Source of the DNA: Saprolegnia diclina VS20
Lineage: Eukaryota
Reading direction: 5' to 3'
Length of the DNA stretch: 63,772 nt
Assembly (NCBI RefSeq): GCF_000281045.1
Contig: NW_008246127.1
Span: forward strand, 211,547 to 275,318
A program made the position numbers and the translations under genes. Numbering within the stretch: position 1 is the first letter of the stretch; each line of letters starts with the position of its first letter. Shown here one piece after another: positions 22,650-34,757 of this stretch. A model generated the notes under the pieces. That model was not told the origin of the DNA. It made no database searches and saw only the letters and a program-made list of their open reading frames with translations.

Positions 22650-24574
22650 TCAGATCCAGATATCTGCGTCGCGTACCAGTTCTGGACTCACATCCATTGC
22701 GTTGAGTGCAATCGGGCGCGGCGACGGGGAGTGGTCGCTGGTCGAGAGGCGTACCCAGCGCGTCTTGGCACTGCACTTGCGGCGCAAGAGAAACGTCAGG
22801 CAGAGGAGCACAACTCCCATGAACGAGCACGCGACCAGCACGGTCAAGAGCGTCTCGTACTGGTACCAGAACGAGTTGATCGGAGGCAGCAGTAGCGGTC
22901 CGCTCGCCACGCTTGGTCCAAACACTACGTAGCCGTCCTGAATCTCAATCTGAATCGCAACCGGTCGCCACGTACATAGCGCGCGGCTGTTGGCATCGCA
23001 GCGCGCGGGCGCAAACCCAATGCGCCGGCCTTCCATGTCAAAGATGACATTGTAGTTGAGCATCGTGCTGGCGCCAAGAACTAGACAAGATATCGTCTTC
23101 TGGGACCATTCATAGAGGATACAGCGTACCACCGCTGCCCGACGGCTCGGAAAAGTGAAAGCTTGACGTGTAGTGTCCGTCCTCGCTCACTTTGGTATAG
23201 TATTGCGTCGCTGGGATCTGAAGCGTGATCATCGACGACCGGGTCGGACCCCGCAGCGTCAGCACGATCGGTGGTAGCTGCCGAAGTGCGTCGTCCGTGA
23301 GAAGGTCCTCGACGTTATCCAGAAACTCATGGCCGCCCGAGAGCTCGGTGAACGCGGCGTTGAACGCCGACGCCGCGCTGCTCGGGAAGAACGAGTCGGT
23401 CGTGCCGCTGTCGACAATGACGCCGCGGCCACTAGAGCAAAGCTCCTCGATAGCACCAAGGAGGATCCCAAGGAGGCGCGTACTGGTTGTAGGTCGCCGG
23501 CGCGATCCCGAGCGACTTGTTGCCAACGCTGATATCGAGAAGCTCGACCGTGAACCAGCCACTACATATCCCAATTCACTTGGTACAAGGAGAAAGAAAA
23601 TGGAGGTACCTGGCGGTGAGGAGCGGCGTGTACACGGGGGCAGCGACGTGAACGCTTTCATCGGCGCCGCCGAGGACCATTTGCCCGCCATTTTCGGCAA
23701 AGCAGAGCGAGAAGAGGTTGCGATCTACCCTCTTGGCCGAGACGAGGTACGCCATGAAGGTATTCCGGTCCTGCGAGAGCCCCATGATCCCATTCTCTTT
23801 TTGCCCGATGAAGAGCCCTAGATCGCAGTACAGTGCACATAGCGAGGTATTTGCATGTGCGTACCGGTCTCCTTGGTCTGGCATCCAATCGGGAACCGCA
23901 CGCCCGCCGCCGCCATGCTCGATGTCGCATTGCTCTCGCCACTCGCGTCCAGCGGCCCGACCCAGCAGAGCTCGTTGATCAGTAGCGCCGACCACATACT
24001 GCCCTCGGCGTAGCTCTAGCATCGCGTGTCAGATCCAGTCCGAGTCGACAGTTCGGACCTGTGAGATGCGGCATTGGTCTTGCTCGCAGGATGAGCAGCC
24101 GTCAAACTCGTCGCACTGCATGAAGCGCGCGGTCGACGACTTGGCAATGTCGTACGGCGGGTCGGTGTGCGTACCGCAGTTGGGGCATCTACGCAAGTTG
24201 CAGAGGCCATTGGAATCGAAGCGGCGTCCTACGAGGCGCACGGAAGCGCCGTCAAGTGGCTGCCCGTGTCGACAATCACCGAGGCCTTCTGCGGCGGTAG
24301 CCCCATGTACAGCTCAGCATAGTGCGTGCTACAGAGGTCAGAGGTAGTATCATGCAGGAGCCGTCGGCCATGGCGCTGCATCGTACCCGGCGCCCACGCC
24401 GAGCGGAACTTCGTTCTTGAGAAACAGCGCCGTCGTCGCGTTGGCCGCGCTGTCGAGGCGCCGCCGGAGCGGCAGGGCGCGCTTGAGGCCCATGCGCACG
24501 ACGCGGCCTTCGTCGAGGCTCATGACCCATGGTAGCAGCGCGAGACCGCAGACGAGCTGCACCACCATCATCAT
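22650..24574 (-). CDS. A1 aspartyl protease, plasmepsin V-like, with signal peptide and C-terminal TM; multi-exon
   Basis: MMMVVQLVCGLALLPWVMS; VIVDTGSHLTALPC; CPNCGTHTDPPYD; NLFSLCFAENGGQMVLGG; VIVDSGTTDSFFP; LGASTMLNYNVIFDMEGRRIGFAPARC; TM LLTVLVACSFMGVVLLCLTFLL. Confidence 0.9.
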
Positions 24575-24916
24575 CGTCGCCGAGCACGAAACAAACACCA
24601 AACTGGGATCGACACTATTCTGCCCGATTTAGGTCAAATAGGGTAAACATAGACGCTTTCGGTTTTATGCAATCTGATCAGCCCGAGGCAAGCCCACAGG
24701 CGAACGAGCGTGCTCCAAGCTAGCTTTGTTGTGCCGAAACGATGCCAAAGGCACGTCGCGAACGACTACTCTCGAGTATCCTGTGGTTCCGCCAGGAAGG
24801 CTGCGACATTAAACGTGGGCCGCGCCATAGGTTAAACTGCCAATGCCGATCGATAAACCCAAGGTTAATCCTTTGACGCGCTTTAACGTCGAGTTGAAGT
24901 CGCTGGAAATAGTGTC

Positions 24917-27361
24917 ATGGGAGATCCGCAGCTTGCGGAGCTCAGTGCGCCGAACGTCTGCCTCGCGTACCTCATCGCGCGCTTCGCCGCCGAGTTCCAT
25001 GCACACGAGTCGGCGCCCTTCGTCTCTTCCAGCGCCGCCTTTGACAGTCGGCAGCACGAGCTTGCAGCGCTCTTGCTCGAGCGGGTCACCGCCATCGCGC
25101 TGCCGCTGCCGTTCGACGCGCTCCTCGCTGCCGTCGCCGCCATCGACACGGAGTGGGCGCTGGCGCTCGAGTCCACAATGAAGCACCTTGCGCAGGCTTC
25201 TATCGACGACGTCGATGACTTTCTCCGGGATCATTTGCAGCCCACGTCAACGGGCCTCGACCCGGCCACGCCGCTCGGGCGCTTCCTCCGCATGCTCGCG
25301 CTGGCCGCATCGACCGCGTTCTTTGACCGCATGTGTCGTTTCCAGCTCGAGCTGCGCGCCTACGTGACTTCGCCCTCCCGATCGACATGCGACTTGCCAC
25401 TCGACGTCGACAACCTGCTCGAGAGCCTCGACGCTGGTCGCATCGAACACCCGCTCGAACGCGTCGAAGCCTGTCTCTCGACACAGCTACAACGCCATCC
25501 GTCGTGCCCACGGCTGCTCTTTGCGCGGTATCTCAATTTTAAGGTGCACCGCGAGTACCTCGGCGCGCTGCATGCATTGCACGCGTACCATGACCACGCG
25601 CTCCGGACGTTCGACCATGGCTGTGGCCCGCAGTACGCCACGTTGAACCTCGTCGGGCTCTACAGCAGCTTTGGCTACATGGACGAAGCGCTCTCAGCGC
25701 TCCACGAAACCCTCCGCGTCGCGCAGCACAAGCGCGACGGCGTCTGCGTCGCGTTCGCACTCGCTTGGTACATGCAGCTCTTCCCAGCGTCGCACGAGCG
25801 GAGTCGGCAGTGCGTCGACCGCGCCGGCGACCTCGGGCTCACTGCGCTTGCGATCCTCGCGGGCCTTCTCTCGGCCGTGCACGCCGACGTGCGCGAGTCG
25901 TTGACGACGCCGGCGCCCCGACCGATTGCCGTGTGGCTCCAGCTGCAGCACGTCGCGTCCGAGCTGGAAGCCGCCGCCAACACCCGCGCCCCAAAGGCAT
26001 CGGCGTTGCCGGGGCTCCACCACAAGAGTGAACCAACGGTGCCACTCAAGCCCACCACATGGACCACGGCCGAGAAGGACGACATCCTGGGTCGGTGGGC
26101 CGCGCTCCGGGGCGCCATTGCGCTCACGACGGCCGGCGTCTGGCATGATCTCGGGCACCGGACGTTAGCCCACTTGCACACGCAGCTCTATGGACTTTGC
26201 TATGCGATCTCGAGCGCCGACATCGCCCTTGCGGTGGGTACAACGTCTTGTCCACCTCGTCTCACGACTTGCAGTAGATGCGGCGCATTGCGCTTCTTCA
26301 GATGGACCCCGTGGTGCTTCCCACGCCCTCCCCGCCGTCCTCGAGGTAGTATGCACGTCACCATTGTGGTCTGGCTCAGTAGTTCTGCAGCCTCTACGCG
26401 TCGTCGCTGCAATGGCTCGCGATGGCCAGTGCCAAATGGCACGTGACGCACGAGCCCGCGTACCGCGAAGCTGTGTTGCACGTCTTGTTTGAGTGGAGTT
26501 TTGCACGCGGGCAGTGGCGCCGGGCCACGCACTGCCAGCAGCTTCTGTCGGATCTTGCCGGTGCGTCGACGTCTGCGCGCGTCGAGGCTACCTTGCTGCA
26601 AGGTACGCCGCATCGTCTTCATCGGTGGAAGCGGACCTTGCTATCGGGGTAGTGCGGCTATGGTTGTACCAGCAGGAGAGGTACTTGGACGCAGCCAACG
26701 TCTTGCAAGCGCTGCTGCCGATCGCAAAGGAGCATCCGCCGATGCACGCGAAAGCGCTGCTGCTGCTCGCCCAGGTAGAGCTCGCTTGCACGACTGGCAG
26801 GCAGAAAACACTCGATTTGTGTAGGCGTACTCGATGGGAGCTCCCGACGCCCCGTTCGAAGCGCTGCCGCCTTTGCTGCACTGCTTGCAGCTATGTGACG
26901 AACGGGCCCTCGACGCAGTCCGCGTCCATGCGCATCTCGTCTTGGCCGAGCTCTACCTGCACATGGATCGGAGCGGGGACGCGGCGTCGCTCCTCGAGAC
27001 CGCCTTACCCCAGGTGCAAGAGCATGGCGGGCTGCACCTCCAGGGGCAGTATGCGCTCGCACTCGCAAAGACACTCTTGGTGTCGGACGCGCCGATGGCC
27101 ATGGCATGGCTTGGACAAGCCATGACGATTGCTGCCAGCCGCGACGACGTGTACCTCGAGCGCGAAGCGAGCTACCTGCTGGCGCTCACAGCCGAGGGCG
27201 ACGAGCGCGAGGCCGCCGCCGAGCGCTTCTTAAAGGCCAACGCCGCCGTTCGAGCAGCTCGCGAAGTCGACGTCGACGCGTCCCTGCACCCGCTTGGCCC
27301 GGACCTGCTTCGGCTCGTCGCCCGTTGGGAAGATCACGATCCGGAAAACCGTCCATTGTAA
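24917..27361 (+). CDS. APC5: Anaphase-promoting complex subunit 5; multi-exon
   Basis: TPLGRFLR and REYLGALHALHAYHD...QYATLNLVGLYSSFGYMDEALSALHETLRVAQHKRDGVCVAFALAW (ANAPC5 domain). TPR-like helical C-terminus in downstream exons ending EREAAAERF. Confidence 0.85.
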
Positions 27362-27835
27362 TGTACGAAATATCGTACATTCCTAGCCGTACAGTACACA
27401 TGTACGTACGGCATGTACGGTGGCTGAAGCGACGCAACTCTTTGGGTTCCTGAGGAAGTCGGTGTGATCCATCGAGCCTTCCAGGACAGCTCCGTGGAAG
27501 AGCGACGCGGCAGATACTAGTATATACGTTGCCAAGCAGTGGGACGAGCAACCTTGTGCGTGTACGTGGCTGAAGCGCACGCATCTGGCTTGCATTTACC
27601 GTTGACAACCTGCCTCTGGTTGAAGCATCGTGCGACAAAAGAGCTGTGAGAAGTTGAAGGGCCGCCATGGGTCCTTGACGAGATCGTATTCGTGTCGCGA
27701 CCTTGCGTTGATAGAAGAGGAAGCTTTTATGCGTAGGGGACTGCGCGTCTGGTGCTCAAGGCTGGCTAAGGTGGCGTTTTATTAGTCAGCTCGCGTACCG
27801 TGGCAAAAAAACAGGCCGAGTGATTCCAGCACACG

Positions 27836-29861
27836 ATGGTCAAGTCGCACGTCCTTGCGCTGGCGCTGGCGCTGCCCTCGAGCGCCTACCACGTCCTACC
27901 GCTGCACCGCGATGTGCTTGGCGCACGAAGAAGCTTACGCCAGCTCGCCGACGGGTCGTTCCAAGTCGTGCCGCTCCGCCTTGACGCAGGGTACGCTTCG
28001 CCGACTCGCATCGTCGTCGTCTTAGCATCCGCTAGCACCCACTACACATACGCCTACCTCGGGTCGCCGCCCCAGCGCGCACCTGTGGTCGTCGACACGG
28101 GCAGCCACATCCTCGCTGTGCCCTGCGCCGGGTACGCACCTCTCTCGATGCCAACCTCCTGATGGCTCTAGCGGCGCGTCCTTTGATGTGGCATCGTCGA
28201 CCACGCTGACGTACCCCAACTGCACGAGCGCCGCGAACACGTTCCAGTGCGCTGCTTGCGACGTCGATGCCACGTGCCACATCTCCCAGGTGCCACCTGC
28301 AATGGCGTCGCATCGTGTTGACGCAGATCGGGGCGTAGGCGTACTCGGAAGGCGGGGCGTGGACCGGCGTCGTCGTCAACGACGTCGTCGCACTCGGCGA
28401 TGACAATAATGCATCGTCTCCGTACAGCACGCGCTTTTCTTTTGGTTGTCAGAAGGAAATCACAGGTACGTACGGTGCGACGCCGCAAGCTCACGCCGAT
28501 GCAGGTACCTTTCCTGCCACGAGTGGCGTCTTGGGCGTGGCCGACTCTGGTATCTCAATCACATACTGTCTACATTTCACAGGACGACTTGGTGTATATG
28601 ACTAGCCACGAGCTTTGTGCGGCAGCTCTACGCCGACAAGAAGATCGACCAAAACGTCTTTTCGCTCTGCTTGACGTCGACCGGCGGCACGATGGCGCTT
28701 GGTACACCGGTGGCCGCGCCCGACGAGCCCCGCCGACGCCTCGGTGCGCTCCAGTTTGCCCGCATGGCGCCCAACACCAACGGGTATGAACACGACTCGC
28801 ACATCGTTGCGATAGCGTACGATGTCAGGTGGTACGAGCTCACGATCCGCGACATTCGCATTGGCGGCAAGCCGCTCGACCTCTCGCCGCGACTGCACCA
28901 GAGCGTCGTCCTCGACAGCGGGTCGCCGACGTCGTCGCTGCCATCGGCGCTTCGCGACGAGTTTGATCGGTCGTTCAAAAATGCCGGCTTGAAGAAGTAC
29001 AGAGAGAGCGACCTCACAGGCGGCTACGCGCGCGGCCAGCTCTCCAAGATGCCAACCATTGAATACGTCTTTGAAGGTCCGCTCGTCGTCGTGGTCTCCG
29101 CACACTATGTCGACCAACTGGCGTGTTAGGCATGGAAGGCGAAGACGTCGTGCTCACGGTCCCGCCATCGCGGTATCTCGTCCAAGGCGAGACCGGTCGG
29201 TTTGCGTCGTCCATTGCACTCCTCGACGATGCGCCCATGGGCGGTACGATCTATTATCATCGTCTGCGGTCGTGCTCACGACGCGTCCGCTTAGTGATTG
29301 GCGCCGACCTCATGACCAACCACGACTTTGTGTTTGATCCGGACCACCACCGCGTCGGCTTTGTGCCAGCCACGTGCGGTGCGCCTCTGCATGCAGATAC
29401 TACGAATGATAGGAGTCTCATATGGCCGTGTAGAGTACGGCGCGGCGCAGCATGCGAACGCAAGCGGGAATGGTTCGGCGCTCGACGAAGCCTCGTCGCA
29501 TTGGGAGGCGGCCGTGATCGCCGAAGTCGGCGCCGATGTGCTTGCGGATGGTGACGACGACGACGACGATGCCTACCCGGTGGTCAACACTGTCGTGGGC
29601 GTTGGCCTCGCGCTTCTCTTTCTGGGCGCGTGCGTCTACGCGGTGGTGCGCCCGGCCAAGCCTGCCAAAAGCGAATGGACGTCGCTTGGCGTGATTGACG
29701 AAGACGACGACGACGACGACGAGACGAACGAGCTCATGGTGCCAAGCAGCCCGCGCGCGGCCGTTCTCGCCTACGATGCCCACCCAGACGTGCACGACGC
29801 GTTCTTTGAGTCGACCCACGACGCCGACGCGGACGATCACGACGCGCTCGATCGGCTCTAA
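27836..29861 (+). CDS. Divergent A1 aspartyl protease with signal peptide and C-terminal TM; multi-exon
   Basis: MVKSHVLALALALPSSA; THYTYAYLGSPPQRAPVVVDTGSHILAVPC; NVFSLCLTSTGGTMALG; VVLDSGSPTSSLP; IGADLMTNHDFVFDPDHHRVGFVPATC; TM VVGVGLALLFLGACVYAVV. Confidence 0.85.
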
Positions 29862-29963
29862 GTGTAAGAGAGTAGCTTGCTCTTGTCTCGCAGAACCAGC
29901 AGGAAGAACAAGTGTCGTTGGGCGGCTTCGAAATTTTGGCTTATTTTTTAGAAAGGCGGTGCC

Positions 29964-30758
29964 ATGGTGGCGCTGGTCTGCTATGAAGCAGGCAAGGACG
30001 ACTGGGTGCGTCTGGCGCGCTGCCCGCATGGCGTCACCCTCGCGCCGACCAGCGCCGGCTGGACACTGCTCGTGCCATCGACCGTGCCACCTCTGTGCCA
30101 CGTCGACGCATGCACCAATGGCTGCGATCCAATCACCCCCGCGTCGTGGCCTCTACCAACTCACAGTATCGCTTGCGCGCAGAGGCCAGAGAGCGCCATT
30201 ACGCTGGCCGTCGCCACCGACGTCGCCATCGTACGTAATATTATGTCTACCACCTCACGTAGCCTGCGCCATCTGGCTGCGACCGACGCGCCTGGAGCCC
30301 CCTTGTCGTCGCCCGTCCTGCTGGTCGTTGCCGCCGTCGTCGCCGTCACGCTCCTTGCCGTCGTCGCTGTCATCGGATCTCGCTGCGACAAACGGCCGTG
30401 CCGCAAGCCCCGGCCCGACGTCGTGGTCGTTGTCGGGTCGCCCACGGCGCCTGTCTCGTGGTTCCACTTGTACCAAAACGACGATGGCTTGCCGCATTCG
30501 ATCCTCACCGACGACGACTGCACGACCATGATCCTGCGCTCGAGCCGCCCGTCGCCCAAGGACCACATAGTACCCGGGAGCTACCCGGACGCGCTGGACG
30601 AGCAGTCGATCTCGGGCGTCTCGGGCGCGTCGGTGCACGGCTGGCAGACGCCGGACGGCAGCACCAACAGTTATGCGACGGTCGACGCGTCGTTTCTCTC
30701 GCTCTCACATGCACTCGACGACGAGTACGACTATGACAGTCGCCTCAGCGAACGATAA
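29964..30758 (+). CDS. Hypothetical single-pass membrane protein
   Basis: 264-aa ORF with a Cys-containing N-terminal part, hydrophobic VLLVVAAVVAVTLLAVVAVIG and an acidic/Ser-rich tail. A short intron near 30232-30261 is possible. Confidence 0.55.
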   Translation: MVALVCYEAGKDDWVRLARCPHGVTLAPTSAGWTLLVPSTVPPLCHVDACTNGCDPITPASWPLPTHSIACAQRPESAITLAVATDVAIVRNIMSTTSRSLRHLAATDAPGAPLSSPVLLVVAAVVAVTLLAVVAVIGSRCDKRPCRKPRPDVVVVVGSPTAPVSWFHLYQNDDGLPHSILTDDDCTTMILRSSRPSPKDHIVPGSYPDALDEQSISGVSGASVHGWQTPDGSTNSYATVDASFLSLSHALDDEYDYDSRLSER

Positions 30759-30805
30759 GCGACAACGTGTTGGTTACAGTAATTGTACAATTTGTCTAGC
30801 ACGTC

Positions 30806-33261
30806 TTACACAAGCAAATAGTGTTGAATCTACCCATAAACCTCAGAGTGGACAAGACGACAAGATGACGTACCCGGTCCACATGCAGCGGCGGCACGAG
30901 GAACGCGCCGGGCGCGACTTCTTCGAGCTCCAAGTCGCACAAAATCGACGTCACTGGAATCGGCTCGTCGGCGCCAAAGCTGTACATGCCGCTCGAGTGC
31001 GACTTGTCGAGCCACGTCACGTCGACGGTCGCGGGGTCGGGTGACCGCAGCATCCCGGCCGTCACGTCAAACCCGAGCTGCGCGAGCCAAAATTCGCGCT
31101 TGCTCTGGTCACTGCGCACGGCGACGACCGTCATGGCCGGAAAGACCACGTGGACGTCGTCACCGGCCATCTTTGGCGCTGCGCTGGACGACGCTGAGAG
31201 CACGCGGTCAACGATCTCGCCGGGCGCAGTGATCCACCGGCAGTGCTCAATGTGATAGCGCATGAGCACGGGGTCCGAGTCGATTAGGACGGGTTCGTTG
31301 CGCGTCGCCCGCTGCACGTCGTACGCGTACCGGCAGTGCTTGCACTCGACCTTCCAAAAGTAGTAAAACTTGGGCACATCGCTGCGCTTGACAAAGTGGC
31401 GCCAAATCGGACTCGCAAACTCGGGCGACTCAAGTGCATCTTCCCGCGACGTGAGCTCGGCCTCAAACTAGACACAAATAAATATGTAAAAAAGATGTCG
31501 CGAGCGAGGATCGAAGTGCGTACCGCTGCGCTGCTCGTGACGCTCTGCGCGTCTTCGTCGACAAGCCGCAAGCCGGGCAATATCGCCGTCGGCGGTCCGT
31601 GGGGGGTGGCAAACACCATACTCGGGGGGCCCGGGTGGTACATGGGGTAGTGCCCCCCCGGCGGCGCGACACTGCGCACGGACGACGCGGGGGGGTGCAT
31701 GCTTGCTGGCATCGGCGCGCCTTGCCATGGCGCGTTGGTAGTGGAGTTGGTCGTCGTAGTGTTGTTGTTGCTCTGCCACGGCGCGGCCGACGCCATTGCA
31801 GCTCGCGCGTACACGCACTTGTCCAGGTGCGTCTGCATGTAGGCGACGGTCGACCGGAACGGGGTCGGCTCGGGCGTCGTCGCCGGGTACCCGGTTGAGC
31901 CGCGGTGGGCGTACGCATACCGGCAGTGGTTGCACTCGACGTACCAATACGAATGGTACTTGTCCATGTCGGTGCGCTTCGTAAAGTGCTCCCAGATGTG
32001 GTAGTTGGCGGTGCGCCGGTGGTTGCCAGCGTTTACATCGACGCTGCGGGTCGGCAGCGTCAGAAACGACGTCTGCGGCTCGACCTTTTGTCGCTTGAGC
32101 GACGGCAGCGGGTGGCCGCTACTCGGCGCCTCCCGCTTGCGCTTGTACACGAACGGAATCGTCGTGTTGCGCGCCAAAGCATCTCGAATCTACACAATTG
32201 AAAGTGGATTTTTGGTAATTGCAACACAAAATATATGTTACCTTGTCGAGGAAAATGCGCGGAATCGCAAATTCGTCCGGATGGATCTCGTCGAGCGAGA
32301 CTTCGCAGAGGATCGCACCGAGCGGTACGGTGTCGTCGTTGGCGTAGATGTAAAATCCCCGGCTCGTCTTGGAGAGCCACGTGACATTCACGACGCGGTC
32401 GCTTGCCATCACCGCCGTGTCGACCTCGTCGACCAAGCACGCGATCCAGAACGGCTCTTGCTCGACGTCGGACCGGACCGCGACGATGCACTTGTCGTTG
32501 CGTCGTGGCACGAGCGCGCGGATGGCCGCGAGGCCGGCGGTCGACTTGGGCGGCGACGGTTGCAGATCCATGGCGAGGACGACGCCCGGTGGGATGTAGG
32601 CGCATTTCTTCAGATGCGCCTTCATCTTGAGCATGGCCGAAATGATAATCTTGGGCTCGGGCACCGAGTTGTCGTCGCCACGGTGATCATACGCGGCGCG
32701 GCAGTGCTTGCACTCGACGCGCCAGTTGTTGTAGTACTTTTCGAGGTCGTGGCGCTTGAGAAAGTGCTCCCACACGTGGGCGGTCGCGGGGTTCTGGTAC
32801 GTGTGCGTGCGCTTGACGTGCGGCCGCGCAATCTTGATCTTGTCGCCACGCGCCTTCTTGGAGAGGTGCGCTTCGGGGTCGACGGCGTCCTTGCGCGTCT
32901 CGCTGCTGCTAACGTCGTTGCGCACGTCGTTCTCTTTGGTCGGCTTGTCCTTGCGCACGACGCGGGGCTCGGCTTCGATCAAGTCGAGGTACGCGAGCTC
33001 GGCGCGCGGTGCGAACGCGCATGCCTTGAGGTGCGCAATCATCTTGGGCTTGGTCGAGATGAGCACCTCGGGCGGCGCGCCCGTGCCCGCCTCGTGGCCA
33101 GCGCGGCAGTGCTTGCACTCGACGCGCCAGTTGTTGTGGTACTTGCCGAGGTCGTGGCGCTTGACAAAGTGTTCCCAGATGTGCGCCGTCCGGTGGTTGC
33201 CATGGCGCGACGACGGCGGCGGCGGCGAGCTCGGCGTGGGCGCCAGCGCGGACGAGCTCAT
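30806..33261 (-). CDS. Protein with four BED-like zinc fingers and two copies of an unknown beta-rich domain; 4 exons
   Basis: Four repeats of W(E/R)HF.KR.D..KY...W.VEC.HCR...H(L/I)..C. Introns 32190-32241, 31468-31523 and 30830-30873 (GT-AG) join ORFs 32119, 31284 and 30796 in frame. Stop TAA at 30806-30808. Confidence 0.75.
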
Positions 33262-34757
33262 CCTGCTGCGGCGGGTGCGATTCCGTAGTCAGCAACTAGG
33301 GCAAAGGCCCGAATATATTATAATTTAATGCAGCTGAAACATTGTCCCGCGTTTCGAAACCGATTTTATTTTATTATTTCACATTGCACTTGGCGTCGTC
33401 GACATGGCGGTGAAAGGTGCAGTGCAAGGAGCATCAAGGGCACGACTTGTGACGTCCACGCTGCGAGGACGACCGAGTACACTACGTCCTTGGCCAAGCG
33501 GACGCAGCAAAGGAAGGAGGTCCTGGCTAATAAAATAGAGGAATTAATATATATTTGTTGAAGTCCACGACCACTGAAAATTTATTTTAATACGACGCAA
33601 TTACGTAGTCCTTTACAAACGACTAGTGCCTAAACTATTATAATTCAGTGGAAAAGAAGGCGTGTGGGTGGAACAGGTGGTCGTGCAACGACCGATGACT
33701 ATAGTCCGCCGCCATCTAGAGTTCGACTAGTATTTTTAAACTTAGTCGGCGTGTCCACCATGGGTGGCCACCGGGCGGTGTCTATTTTATTAAACTGGTT
33801 GGTATTTTTAAATGAATCTAGTGTCTGTGTAGTGTAATCCCTAGTCCTTTCTACAGACATCGGCCTCATTTTGCTGTGAACGTTGAAGCGTCAACGACCA
33901 TCGGTCGTACGCCGGGCACCGAGCGCGAGCGCGTCAGGTCAGCCGCGTGCAAATGTTAGGTTCGGTCAGAAATGATTGCAGTACGCCAACGACGACGGGC
34001 CAGAACAATCAACAGTCTCTGCCGCCTTGTCCATACCACGAGCCATATACCCTTGGTGCCAGCTGGCTGTTCACCTGAGTTCATCCTCCTGCAATGGGGC
34101 AAGGGCTGATGACGATGGTTTCTATTTTCTATATTTTTTAAACACAAATTTTCAACTGGCCACTTGCCACGATCAACGCAGCACGAAGCGAGCTATAATC
34201 CGATAGCACTAGAGCTGTAGAACTAAATAGCTATAGAGCTATGGATCGGAGAGACCACATTGACGATGTGGTAGAAGAGGTCCCCCACCTCTACATGACG
34301 TTAAAACAACGAACGACGCAGCAGCGTGTGTCCCTAAACGGGTGTGTATCGGTCTTGCGTTACCCACTAACTTTCGCATCTAGTCGACTATGTAATCACA
34401 GGTGGCGAAAAACTCATCACTGCATGACAAGGGCACTCACTCTGGTACTCACCAACGAGATTGCCCCCAACTTCACAACAAAATCGTGTCGTCTTTACGA
34501 CTAACGAAATGGTATGCCACGTCGGCTCCAGCAGCAGCATGCCGCATGTCGATGTCCTCCACGACGGGGTAGGGAAATGGGTACCGGATGCGAACAGAAA
34601 TGCGCATCCACCTCGTAAAGTGGGATGGATGTTCCAAACGCTCGATTGGCTCGCTTTCTATTTCTCCTGTTAATTTCGGACAGAGATCCTAAAAAGGACA
34701 AGTCCCAAAGCGCTTGAGAGCGGTTCACTTTCGAATCCTGCCGAAGCCATCAGCAGC

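Noticed and set aside
30806..33261. Active hAT transposon, suggested by the BED fingers
   Set aside because: No DDE catalytic or hATC dimerisation region and no terminal inverted repeats were seen; the gene is spliced.
32005..33288. 427-aa plus-strand ORF
   Set aside because: Antisense shadow of the BED-finger gene.
33300..34700. AT-rich intergenic region with short palindromes and CTAG motifs (possible ncRNA, Helitron end or MITE)
   Set aside because: No tRNA/snRNA consensus, no convincing terminal repeats and no second copy in the window.
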